Virus record (IMG/VR): IMGVR_UViG_3300047159_000056
Location: 128,001-192,000 of that record
Source of the DNA: a virus
Taxonomy: Duplodnaviria > Caudoviricetes
Length of the DNA: 64,000 nt
Reading direction: 5' to 3' (one strand)
The notes beneath the pieces were generated by a model that did not search any database, was not told where the DNA came from, and worked only from the letters and a program-made list of their open reading frames with translations. Below are positions 51,178 through 59,334 of this stretch, one piece after another. Every line of letters begins with the position of its first letter. Position 1 is the first letter of the stretch. The translations under genes and the position numbers were made by a program.

Positions 51178-51817
51178 TTCTACTATTCTTATCTTTATAG
51201 TGTTTATATGCAACTAATCCAAGACCAGCTAGAGTTAAGGCAGATGCTCCACCAACTAATAATTTTCCCTTCTTTGATTCTAGGAAAGTATCACCTAGAT
51301 TTGGATTAGACATAACATCTTTTAACATGGCAGATTTTTCTCTACCTATTTCTATATATCTATTTGGAAACTCTTTTCTAACCTTTCTTATTCCAGAGGC
51401 TAGAGCTTTCCTATAAGACTTCAATGCCTTAGTCTGATTTTTATTAAGACCTTTAAAATCAGATCTAGAGAAACTTTTTATCATATCCATCCTATTATTT
51501 CCAGTATCATTAGATTTAACCCAACCTAATTTAGTATATAGGTCTACAGCTTTCTTATTACTTTTTGTTACTGATAATTTTTTAGCAGGGCTACGTTCTA
51601 AAAGACTTGTTGCTATTCCTTGATTTCTATATTTTGGATCTACAAATAGTGCAGTTATCCAATCATTTTCCCAGGATTTAAAACCAACCAGGGAAGACTT
51701 ATCAACTAACATTATTCCTTTAGTTTTACCAGGAATATATCTAGCATGGCAAAGAGAATTTCCAGGCCTTTTATATTGTAGTATATTTTCCTTGTTATAT
51801 TCTATTTCTTTTACCAT
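51158..51817 (-). CDS. GNAT acetyltransferase fused to a leader-family anchor module
   Basis: LFVDPKYRNQGIATSLL motif A, N.KAV.LY.KLGW motif B; internal IKSFS followed by a 45075/46006-like module. Confidence 0.75.
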   Translation of the reverse strand: MVKEIEYNKENILQYKRPGNSLCHARYIPGKTKGIMLVDKSSLVGFKSWENDWITALFVDPKYRNQGIATSLLERSPAKKLSVTKSNKKAVDLYTKLGWVKSNDTGNNRMDMIKSFSRSDFKGLNKNQTKALKSYRKALASGIRKVRKEFPNRYIEIGREKSAMLKDVMSNPNLGDTFLESKKGKLLVGGASALTLAGLGLVAYKHYKDKNSRNDNTKK

Positions 51818-51956
51818 AATTTATTTCAGTTTATTTTTACATAATCTGGGGAAGTGTGTTTAACTCAGGTCTCCTCTTTCTACCTGACACCTCCCACTAG
51901 CATCAATTAGTTTTACCGTTAGTTATGTTAGCTACTGTACTTCACTAAACTTACGA

Positions 51957-52103
51957 CTATAACCACATTGGACCTTTGTATCCCTTGTCGTAAAGATTTT
52001 CATAACTCTTAGCTGCTAAAAGTATATAAGCTTTAAACGGCAAAATCAAATAATGACCTGTCGTTTTAGCAGCCGTCTTAATAAAATTAAAAACTGCTTT
52101 CAT
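51957..52103 (-). CDS. 48-aa small protein in a highly structured transcript
   Basis: MKAVFNFIKTAAKTTGHYLILPFKAYILLAAKSYENLYDKGYKGPMWL, read manually. Confidence 0.5.
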   Translation of the reverse strand: MKAVFNFIKTAAKTTGHYLILPFKAYILLAAKSYENLYDKGYKGPMWL

Positions 52104-52149
52104 AATAGAACTAAGATGTGGAGTCGAACCACAACCTAGTTAAATTTGT

Positions 52150-52193
52150 TCTCTCAGTCTAATTGAAGAGATAGGTTCTTCACCTCTGAGAGA
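52150..52193 (-). ncRNA. three-way-junction RNA element, divergent copy E
   Basis: UCUCUCAG-AGGU..ACCU-AU-CUC UUCAAU UAG-A-CUGAGAGA. Confidence 0.55.
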
Positions 52194-52198
52194 TATAT

Positions 52199-52835
52199 TT
52201 ATTTATCCTTATAATGATTATATGCAAGTAATCCAGCACCAGTTACAGCAGCGGCTCCTGTTACAGCAGTTGCTACTTTATGATTGCCAATAAATTTACC
52301 CATCTTTCCTATAAAAGATGTATTATTAGGTTTAAATGTTTGATTTGTTACCCCACCGTGAACAAAATTTGCAGCTTTAACCTTTGGGCTAATAATTTCT
52401 GCCTGTTTAGTTACCTTGGCTGCAGCTTCTCTTGCAGCTTTTGATTGAGCTAATTGCTGCTGATGCTCTTGTGAAAGATTACCTATTCTTTGATTTATAT
52501 TTTGTCTAGTTGTTTGATTAGCAACAGATTTTGGAATTCCGGCCCTATTAGCAGATCTTCCATTAACTAATAATTCTTCCTGTATAGCTCCTTTATTTTG
52601 TGTAGCTTTATCTTGAAAAATTTTAAATTTTGCATTCTCTGTTCCACGCTTAGCTACAATTGGACTATTTGCTGCACCATTAACATCATATTTAGCATTA
52701 TATTTAGGATTGGCAGCAATATTTCCCTGATTCATATCCCAGGAAGCTCTTCTAGCTTTCTGAGCTTGGGAGTTAAATGTCTTTTCACTTAGTACCCCCC
52801 CCCCCGAGGAAGGTATTGTCTCTCAGTATTATCAT
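52199..52835 (-). CDS. leader-bearing anchor protein interrupted by an out-of-frame G11 tract
   Basis: MIILRDNTFL-G11; G10 or G13 would fuse it to ORF 52199..52735 via VLSEKTFNSQAQKARRA. Confidence 0.7.
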
Positions 52836-53115
52836 AATTTAATTTATTTATATGGTTTCAAAAACAGATTCGAAAGTACAGGAAAAGAATGGAAAATTTT
52901 ACTAGGTATCCAACCTAGTATTAATTCCTCAATCTTAATTCAACAACCTGCACTAACGAATCCTCTGAAAATTTGTTTCAATTTCTACAAATAAGGAATT
53001 GTTAAAAAATAGGGTCAATTTTTGGGCGTTTTTTGTAAAAATTTGGCCGTTTTATTCAAAAAATTGACCTGATTAACCATAAAAACCTTATCTTTGATTA
53101 AAAATAATAAAAAAT

Positions 53116-53520
53116 ATGATAAAAAATCTAATAATTTCAGTTGACTTTGATGGCACTTGTGTAGCACATGATTTCCCGAGAATAGGGGAAGACATAGGAG
53201 CTATTCCAATCTTAAAAAGAACAGTAGAGAATGGAAATAAGCTTATCTTAAACACAATGAGGTCTTATGGTGATGGTGAAATAGAAGACACAATTTCTCC
53301 AGCTATTGATTGGTTCTATGATAATGGCATTGAACTATGGGCAGTTAATAAAAATCCTAGCCAACATAAGTGGACAAATAGCAGTAAGGTGTTTGCTAAT
53401 TACTATATAGATGACACAGCCTTAGGAGCTCCACTTAAGATAGACCTAAGATTAAGCAGAAGACCTTTTATTGATTGGGAAGCTATGGAAAAAATATTAG
53501 AAGGAAAAGGAATAATTTGA
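53116..53520 (+). CDS. HAD-superfamily hydrolase (BT0820-like)
   Basis: ISVDFDGT motif I, LILNTMR, K..A.YYIDD; the only credible plus-strand gene. Confidence 0.8.
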   Translation: MIKNLIISVDFDGTCVAHDFPRIGEDIGAIPILKRTVENGNKLILNTMRSYGDGEIEDTISPAIDWFYDNGIELWAVNKNPSQHKWTNSSKVFANYYIDDTALGAPLKIDLRLSRRPFIDWEAMEKILEGKGII

Positions 53521-53561
53521 AAAAAGAAGAGAAGGAATTTAAACCTTCTCTCTTTTATTTT
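53521..53561. terminator. bidirectional intrinsic terminator
   Basis: A-tract, gagaagg/ccttctc hairpin, T-tract between convergent genes. Confidence 0.7.
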
Positions 53562-54266
53562 TTATATTTTTGTAATAATCTCATCTATCATACCATACTT
53601 TCCCCAGTCTCCACCTTTAGAAACTGGTAAAGCTTTTTCTGGTCTGACCCAATTATCTCTATCCATTCTTTTCCAAATCTCGTCATGATCTAGTCCGGTT
53701 GAATCCATATAGATCTTACAGATATCCTCTTTTAATTCTGTAATAAATTTAGCTTCTATTTCTATATCTGTTTGCTGACCTGATGTTCCTCCCATAGGCT
53801 GATGACATAGGAGTTTAGCAAGTGGTAGAGCTCTTCTTTTTCCTCTTGTCCCTGCAGTAAGTAATAGATTTGCACAGGATGCTGCCTTACCAATAGCTGT
53901 TGTAGATATATCATTTTTGACAGCTCCCATAGTTCCTAGTAAACCAAATAAGTCAGTTATATTTCCACCAGGAGAATTTATATAAAACTCTATATCTTTC
54001 CCATCGTCCTGTTGATTTAAGAATAAGATTTCTCCAATTGCTATATTACAGGTCTCTGGACAAAACTCATCTCCAAAAAATATAATTCTATTCTCTAAGA
54101 GGTGAGAAAATATATCTTGTTGTGACATATTTAATTCTGCCTCTTTTACAATATACGGAGATATTGTATTTCTTGTCTTACTTACTCTATCATCAAAACT
54201 AGTCATCTTATAAGGGTTTTTATCCTTATAAAAATTTCTGAAATCTTTAAATGTTTTCTTTCTCAT
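53562..54266 (-). CDS. clpP: ATP-dependent Clp protease proteolytic subunit
   Basis: RIIFFG, YINSPGG, GKAAS (Ser), HQP (His), DRDNW (Asp); Bacteroidetes-style N-terminal extension. Confidence 0.9.
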   Translation of the reverse strand: MRKKTFKDFRNFYKDKNPYKMTSFDDRVSKTRNTISPYIVKEAELNMSQQDIFSHLLENRIIFFGDEFCPETCNIAIGEILFLNQQDDGKDIEFYINSPGGNITDLFGLLGTMGAVKNDISTTAIGKAASCANLLLTAGTRGKRRALPLAKLLCHQPMGGTSGQQTDIEIEAKFITELKEDICKIYMDSTGLDHDEIWKRMDRDNWVRPEKALPVSKGGDWGKYGMIDEIITKI

Positions 54267-54339
54267 TTTTATATTGTTTTAATCATAAGTAAGGAAAAGA
54301 AGGGGAGAACTATTGCTAATTCTCCCTTTCTAATGTTAT

Positions 54340-55653
54340 CTATTTATCTACTGTTGAAAATTCCTTCTCAATTGTCAACATTGCTTTCTCATTTTTTACC
54401 TGAGAACTATCCAATGTGGGACCGAGTATAGTTTCTTCTCTCCAGTATCTAGAAATTTTTTCGCTCAAATTTATCTCAGAATCTATTCTCTTTCTGAGAC
54501 TTGTTGAGACTATCTCTACTTGTTTTCTATACTTTCCTACCAGGATAGATAGAGAACTAAATGAGATGTAACTACTGTCTATGTCAAAATTTACCAGACC
54601 TAGTGCAGTATTATCTTCTTCGATTGGGAAAATTTTTCCCAACTCCTCTACAAAATTATGGTCTTTATAGATTATTCCAACCTCTTCCAATTTATTAAAA
54701 GGGTTGAATCTCTCTATCAAATTATGACCTTCCTTCTGATACTTAACCAATCCAATTATTTTTCTACAACTATCCATAGAAAAAACATCTGGATATAAGT
54801 TAGCGAGTGTGACAAGTTTTTTATAATCAACCCTATCAAACTCTGGCTTGAAACAAGTTTCCCTTACTGATTTAAGCAAGTTATCTACACTCTCATATCT
54901 TGAACTACTTAATAGTAATCCACCTATTATGAATAGAAGATACTTGTCTGATTCACTAATATTAGAAACCTCTTTTCTTACTATCTTTATTTCTTTCTTT
55001 TCTTCTTGTTGAACCGGAGCAGTCTCACCAATAAACTCTCTATATTTTTCAGATATGTTATGGTGAACAATGCTACAATTCATTATGTCTACAAAACCAT
55101 CTCTATTGCTAGAAATATACTTAATCTCAATGCCAGTACGAGCTTTTACACCCTTAATAACTGTATCAAACTTAGAGATGGTCATATTGTTTTTTCCAAG
55201 AATTTTTCCCATTCTAGACAGAGAAATTCTACTGTGCTGATCTTTCTTGGCCTCTGCTAAGAGTATCATCACTTTCTTAATCTCCTCGTCTGTTGGGATA
55301 TGATTTCCTCTTCCACGTCCTTTTATTTTTTTTGTCTTGGATGTGGAACTCTTCTCCTTTTCCTCAGGCACTACATAAGTCCCTATTGAATAGACACTCA
55401 TCATATTTCTTTGCCCAAGCTTTCCTCTTTCTGGATTGATAACTTTTTTCTCAGATACAGAATACCTCTTTTGAAGTAATCCAATGATCTGATAATATTT
55501 ACCAGAATTCGTAATTTTTCGCAATCCAAAAGCCTTATTAGCTTCATCTATGATCACGAACATTCTTTTTCTAGATACCTCTCCTTCTTGAGATATCCTC
55601 TTACATACAGCGTTATAATAAAGCGCTGTTCTTCTGTTTTCTTCTTGTTCCAT
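54340..55653 (-). CDS. hypothetical protein, possibly DNA-binding
   Basis: 437-aa K-rich ORF. Confidence 0.6.
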   Translation of the reverse strand: MEQEENRRTALYYNAVCKRISQEGEVSRKRMFVIIDEANKAFGLRKITNSGKYYQIIGLLQKRYSVSEKKVINPERGKLGQRNMMSVYSIGTYVVPEEKEKSSTSKTKKIKGRGRGNHIPTDEEIKKVMILLAEAKKDQHSRISLSRMGKILGKNNMTISKFDTVIKGVKARTGIEIKYISSNRDGFVDIMNCSIVHHNISEKYREFIGETAPVQQEEKKEIKIVRKEVSNISESDKYLLFIIGGLLLSSSRYESVDNLLKSVRETCFKPEFDRVDYKKLVTLANLYPDVFSMDSCRKIIGLVKYQKEGHNLIERFNPFNKLEEVGIIYKDHNFVEELGKIFPIEEDNTALGLVNFDIDSSYISFSSLSILVGKYRKQVEIVSTSLRKRIDSEINLSEKISRYWREETILGPTLDSSQVKNEKAMLTIEKEFSTVDK

Positions 55654-55699
55654 TTTTTTTGTTGTTTTTAAAATTTTGTCCTTAGATCTGGGCTAAAGA

Positions 55700-55939
55700 C
55701 TAATATACCTGATGTCCCACAGATGACATTTTCTTTCCTAAACCATAATTTAATTTTCTTATGGTTTCTTCCTCTCCACGACATAAGTCACGGAGATTCA
55801 TGTTCTCGTTTTCCAGGCTTCTAATCCTTTCATTTTTAGAACCTAGAACTTTTCCAATTGACAGGGATATAATTGTCAACCCTAATCCAGCTGCTGTTAC
55901 TTTTACCCATGTCTTTTTAAATAGTTTTTTTATTTCCAT
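55700..55939 (-). CDS. small TM plus coiled-coil protein
   Basis: One hydrophobic helix followed by heptads. Confidence 0.55.
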   Translation of the reverse strand: MEIKKLFKKTWVKVTAAGLGLTIISLSIGKVLGSKNERIRSLENENMNLRDLCRGEEETIRKLNYGLGKKMSSVGHQVY

Positions 55940-56105
55940 TTCATTTTTTTTGTTTAACTCACATATAAGGGTTTGGGATGAAAAAATAAGAAGAGGATTT
56001 TACACCTCTTCCTGTTTTAGTTTCTTCTTTATCCACTTATTAATAGTGGGTTCTAATTCTCTAAATATTTTATTGAATGAGAAGACTGCAATTCTCTTCA
56101 ACAGT

Positions 56106-56450
56106 TTAATTATCTCTGTATTCATTTGCTTTATCTTCCTCCTCTCTAAACCTATCGAGATCATCCCTATTTCCAATTGAATAAAGAATATCTCTTACGA
56201 TTCTTTTTAATCTCCTAATTAATTTTATTGGAGGCATCTTATTTAGAATTCCTTCCATCATAAGAACCTTCTCCCTTATATAGGAGATCTCTTCCTGTGC
56301 GGCTCTCTCTCGCCACCAGTTTATCTCGGCTTCTCTATATTCTTTGTCGAAGATAAACTTTAACTTATGCGCAATGGCAGACCCTATGGATCCTCCTATT
56401 GCCGCCACCACTAATGATAGGATGGCCTCTACTATTCTTAACTCAATCAT
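56106..56450 (-). CDS. hypothetical membrane protein
   Basis: N-terminal TM helix. Confidence 0.55.
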   Translation of the reverse strand: MIELRIVEAILSLVVAAIGGSIGSAIAHKLKFIFDKEYREAEINWWRERAAQEEISYIREKVLMMEGILNKMPPIKLIRRLKRIVRDILYSIGNRDDLDRFREEEDKANEYRDN

Positions 56451-56642
56451 GTTTTTTTCATAATTTTTTTGTTTTAAAATTGTTTGTTATATTGTCTATG
56501 TCAGGTTTCTATAATCTTTAGTATATACTAATGAACATCTGTTTCGATCTATAATTGATCTCTTCAGTCTAGGAGTTTAACCTAGATACAGTTTGTTCAA
56601 AATTAAAATGGAGAAAGAGTATTAAACTCTCTCCCCAAATTT

Positions 56643-56840
56643 TTATTCTTCATTATCGCCCCTAAATGGAGCATCTTCGCTCCAATAGAAAGCATATAGT
56701 ATCATCAATACTATCCCGGCGTTTACTGCGCCGAGGATATAGTTGATCCATAATTCTGTTGTATTATTACAGATTATGATCAGATTTAATATAATTACCG
56801 CGATATAAAACCATGGTAAATTTACTTCTTTCTTTTTCAT
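56643..56840 (-). CDS. small two-TM protein
   Basis: 65 aa with two hydrophobic segments. Confidence 0.55.
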   Translation of the reverse strand: MKKKEVNLPWFYIAVIILNLIIICNNTTELWINYILGAVNAGIVLMILYAFYWSEDAPFRGDNEE

Positions 56841-57634
56841 ATTTTTTAATTTTAATTGTTATTCTCTTCATTAAAAGGAGCCCATTTAAGAGCTCCTATA
56901 GTTGTTGCTTATGCATCCAAGACTTCTATGAGCCTTAGTTGGATGCTCTTAAAAAAAATTATAAATTTTCATTTTATATTTTTTAAAAGTTATTTTCTCC
57001 ATTAAATTGGACCTATGATTTCTCTTCATAGGATTTCTATATTAGAATTATATCCTCCCTCAAACCTCTTCAGTTTTTGTTTTAGATATAATAGGATTGC
57101 TGTATACTTTCCCGTTCTAATAAATCCACCCTCTTACTAATATATGTTATGTGATACAGTCACATTATACATAATTTTCTGAGTTCATCCCTGTACAAGG
57201 ATTACTGTGTTTTTTGATCCAGCAATTATTAACTCTTCATTAATAACCCTATGATCTTGCTTTAATATTTCCTCAATATTAAAATTTTATATTTTGTTAT
57301 AATATGTAGGCAAAAAGCCAATAGCCTCTCGCTCTACTATATTATGTCTCCAACCTTTAATACGCTGCCAGCCTATAAAATATACAAAGGTATAACAACT
57401 CCTTCTTTCTGACTATATATGTCATAAGTATATTTTGTTTAGCATTTTTACATTGCTGGCACAATGCTGAGTATGTCATTCTCAGTTGTCCTTATTAGAT
57501 TTACCCTAAACCACCTTTAGCATGATCTTAATAAGTTAGTGTTATTCGTTTCAACACACATATAAAAATTAATAGAATACTTTAATTTTTCAAAAGTACT
57601 CTAGGAAGATTTCGAAAGATACTAAGTCTTTCTC

Positions 57635-57655
57635 TCTCCACATATAAGGGTTTTT
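57635..57655 (-). promoter_or_regulatory. putative phage promoter motif CCTTA(T/C)WT
   Basis: Same motif on the coding strand upstream of genes at ~55965, ~54290, ~52993, ~59027, ~6950, and on the plus strand at ~53085 before the plus-strand gene. Confidence 0.45.
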
Positions 57656-57708
57656 TGCCATTCCTAGACGGAAAAAAGAAGAGAGCTATTTCTCTCTCCT
57701 TATTACAA

Positions 57709-58281
57709 TTATAGGCTACAAATATCGTCTATTCCTCCTAAGTTTTTTATTTTTCCTTTAGTTCTTAATCTATAGCAAACCTTATTATAATTTCCGGCTC
57801 CATAGATATATAAGAGGATAAATTCTTTCTTCTGTCCAGGTTTATGAAATTTTACTACTACATAATTATCTTCAAATTCATCGTAGTATTCACCCCAAAC
57901 TTTTTCTAGCTTATAATTAGTTACTTTGCTTTTTACAAACTTATATAGATCCACTAAGTTTCCATTAAAGTGATTTTTAGTTAGAACCATCTTAATTAAC
58001 CAAGCTGCTATATCTTCAGGATCTTCTTGTCCAAATAGATTTAGTTTAAGATATGGGTTCTTAGTACCTCTCTTCTTACTAATTAATTCAACTTGAGAAA
58101 TTTTATCATCTTTCTCAATTGGATATTTCTTTGTCTTAGAATAGCTATAAACCACAGTATAATCTACCCATGGTCTCTCAAGTACTCTAAAACTAAATTC
58201 ATTATCAACTACTTCTGTCCAGTCCATAAGAAGACCGCCCTCTATTAAGTTTTGTAATATTTCATTGGCACTAGTCATCAT
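57709..58281 (-). CDS. hypothetical protein
   Basis: 190-aa ORF. Confidence 0.6.
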   Translation of the reverse strand: MMTSANEILQNLIEGGLLMDWTEVVDNEFSFRVLERPWVDYTVVYSYSKTKKYPIEKDDKISQVELISKKRGTKNPYLKLNLFGQEDPEDIAAWLIKMVLTKNHFNGNLVDLYKFVKSKVTNYKLEKVWGEYYDEFEDNYVVVKFHKPGQKKEFILLYIYGAGNYNKVCYRLRTKGKIKNLGGIDDICSL

Positions 58282-59011
58282 TAATTATTCTAATCATAAA
58301 TTCTTTCAGGATAATTTTTAATTGTTCATCAGGTATAGAGGTCAATCTATCTAAGTATTTATAATCGTCTATCCCTATTCTCTCTAGGTTTCCTGATTGT
58401 AAGTAGTAATTTATTTTAGATTCTGGATTAATTCCTCTTCTAATAAATTTAACTGGAGAATAATCTACACTCCAAAACTTACTGCTAATATATTTTATGC
58501 TCTGTCCTAGGTATAAATCAGCTCTTCTAGAATCATCAAAGAGAAAGCTAATATTTCCTAATTTCCAAGTATCATTATTAAATCTAAAAACATAGAAGTT
58601 ATAGAAATCAACATCCTCTACTAAAAAATTTATATCTTTCTCTTTCTTAAGACCATTAATTAATTCATTTAGTGTTTTCTTTATATAGGATGTTCTATTA
58701 CGGAGACAAAAGTAATAATCCATTTTTTCTTCTACTACTTTTTTAAACCAGTCTAGACAAGAATAGGAATCATCGTTTTCTGAATTATAGAAAATAAATT
58801 TTATAGTTTTTCCTTCCTCCGCTTCTTTTCCTAATCTTTCTATCTTAAATTCTGACATCTTATCTTTTCTAGGGCCATGATAAGAAATTCTATATCGTAA
58901 ATGAAATGTCTTATCCCTAAAAGAAATAAAGTTCAGTTTATATCTATCTAGTTTAAACCTATTATTATTCTTTATATAATCAAGAAGTTCTACGTAGTTA
59001 AATATTTTCAT
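58271..59011 (-). CDS. hypothetical protein
   Basis: 246-aa ORF. Confidence 0.6.
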   Translation of the reverse strand: MKIFNYVELLDYIKNNNRFKLDRYKLNFISFRDKTFHLRYRISYHGPRKDKMSEFKIERLGKEAEEGKTIKFIFYNSENDDSYSCLDWFKKVVEEKMDYYFCLRNRTSYIKKTLNELINGLKKEKDINFLVEDVDFYNFYVFRFNNDTWKLGNISFLFDDSRRADLYLGQSIKYISSKFWSVDYSPVKFIRRGINPESKINYYLQSGNLERIGIDDYKYLDRLTSIPDEQLKIILKEFMIRIINDD

Positions 59012-59093
59012 TTCTTCTTTTTAAATAAGGAAAGGGGACAACAATAATGTATATCCCCTTTTTATTTTTCAATATATTCTTTAATCCTCCTCA

Positions 59094-59306
59094 CTATCTA
59101 TTGACATCATAGACTTTAGGGTTCTCAATTCTCTTTTTTAAGTTATAGTTCTCTTTTCTTAGAGAATCAATCCCTTCAGTCATTCTTTTGACCTTCTTCT
59201 GTAATCCTTCTTGAGATTTAATAAGCTCCTTTATAGATTTGAAGTTATTAAGGATCTTCTCGGTCATTGTATCATTAGTCATAGTGTTAAAAAAGTTAAG
59301 TTCCAT
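59094..59306 (-). CDS. small coiled-coil protein
   Basis: 70-aa ORF. Confidence 0.5.
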   Translation of the reverse strand: MELNFFNTMTNDTMTEKILNNFKSIKELIKSQEGLQKKVKRMTEGIDSLRKENYNLKKRIENPKVYDVNR

Positions 59307-59334
59307 TGTTAGACAAATTACTAACTGACATTAT

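Noticed and set aside
10877-51213. ORF-track starts at 10987, 48909 and 51213
   Set aside because: These upstream extensions overlap neighbouring genes; internal ATGs at 10876, 48849 and 51177 give the conserved leader.
52105-52142. tRNA or tmRNA gene
   Set aside because: Only a T-arm-like hairpin is present; I could not find D and anticodon arms, an acceptor stem with CCA, or a tag reading frame.
6954-52835. Leader as a Sec/Tat/lipoprotein signal or type IV prepilin peptide
   Set aside because: No hydrophobic h-region directly follows the basic residues, and there is no lipobox or G|FxxxE; the motif also occurs internally in scaffold and protease.
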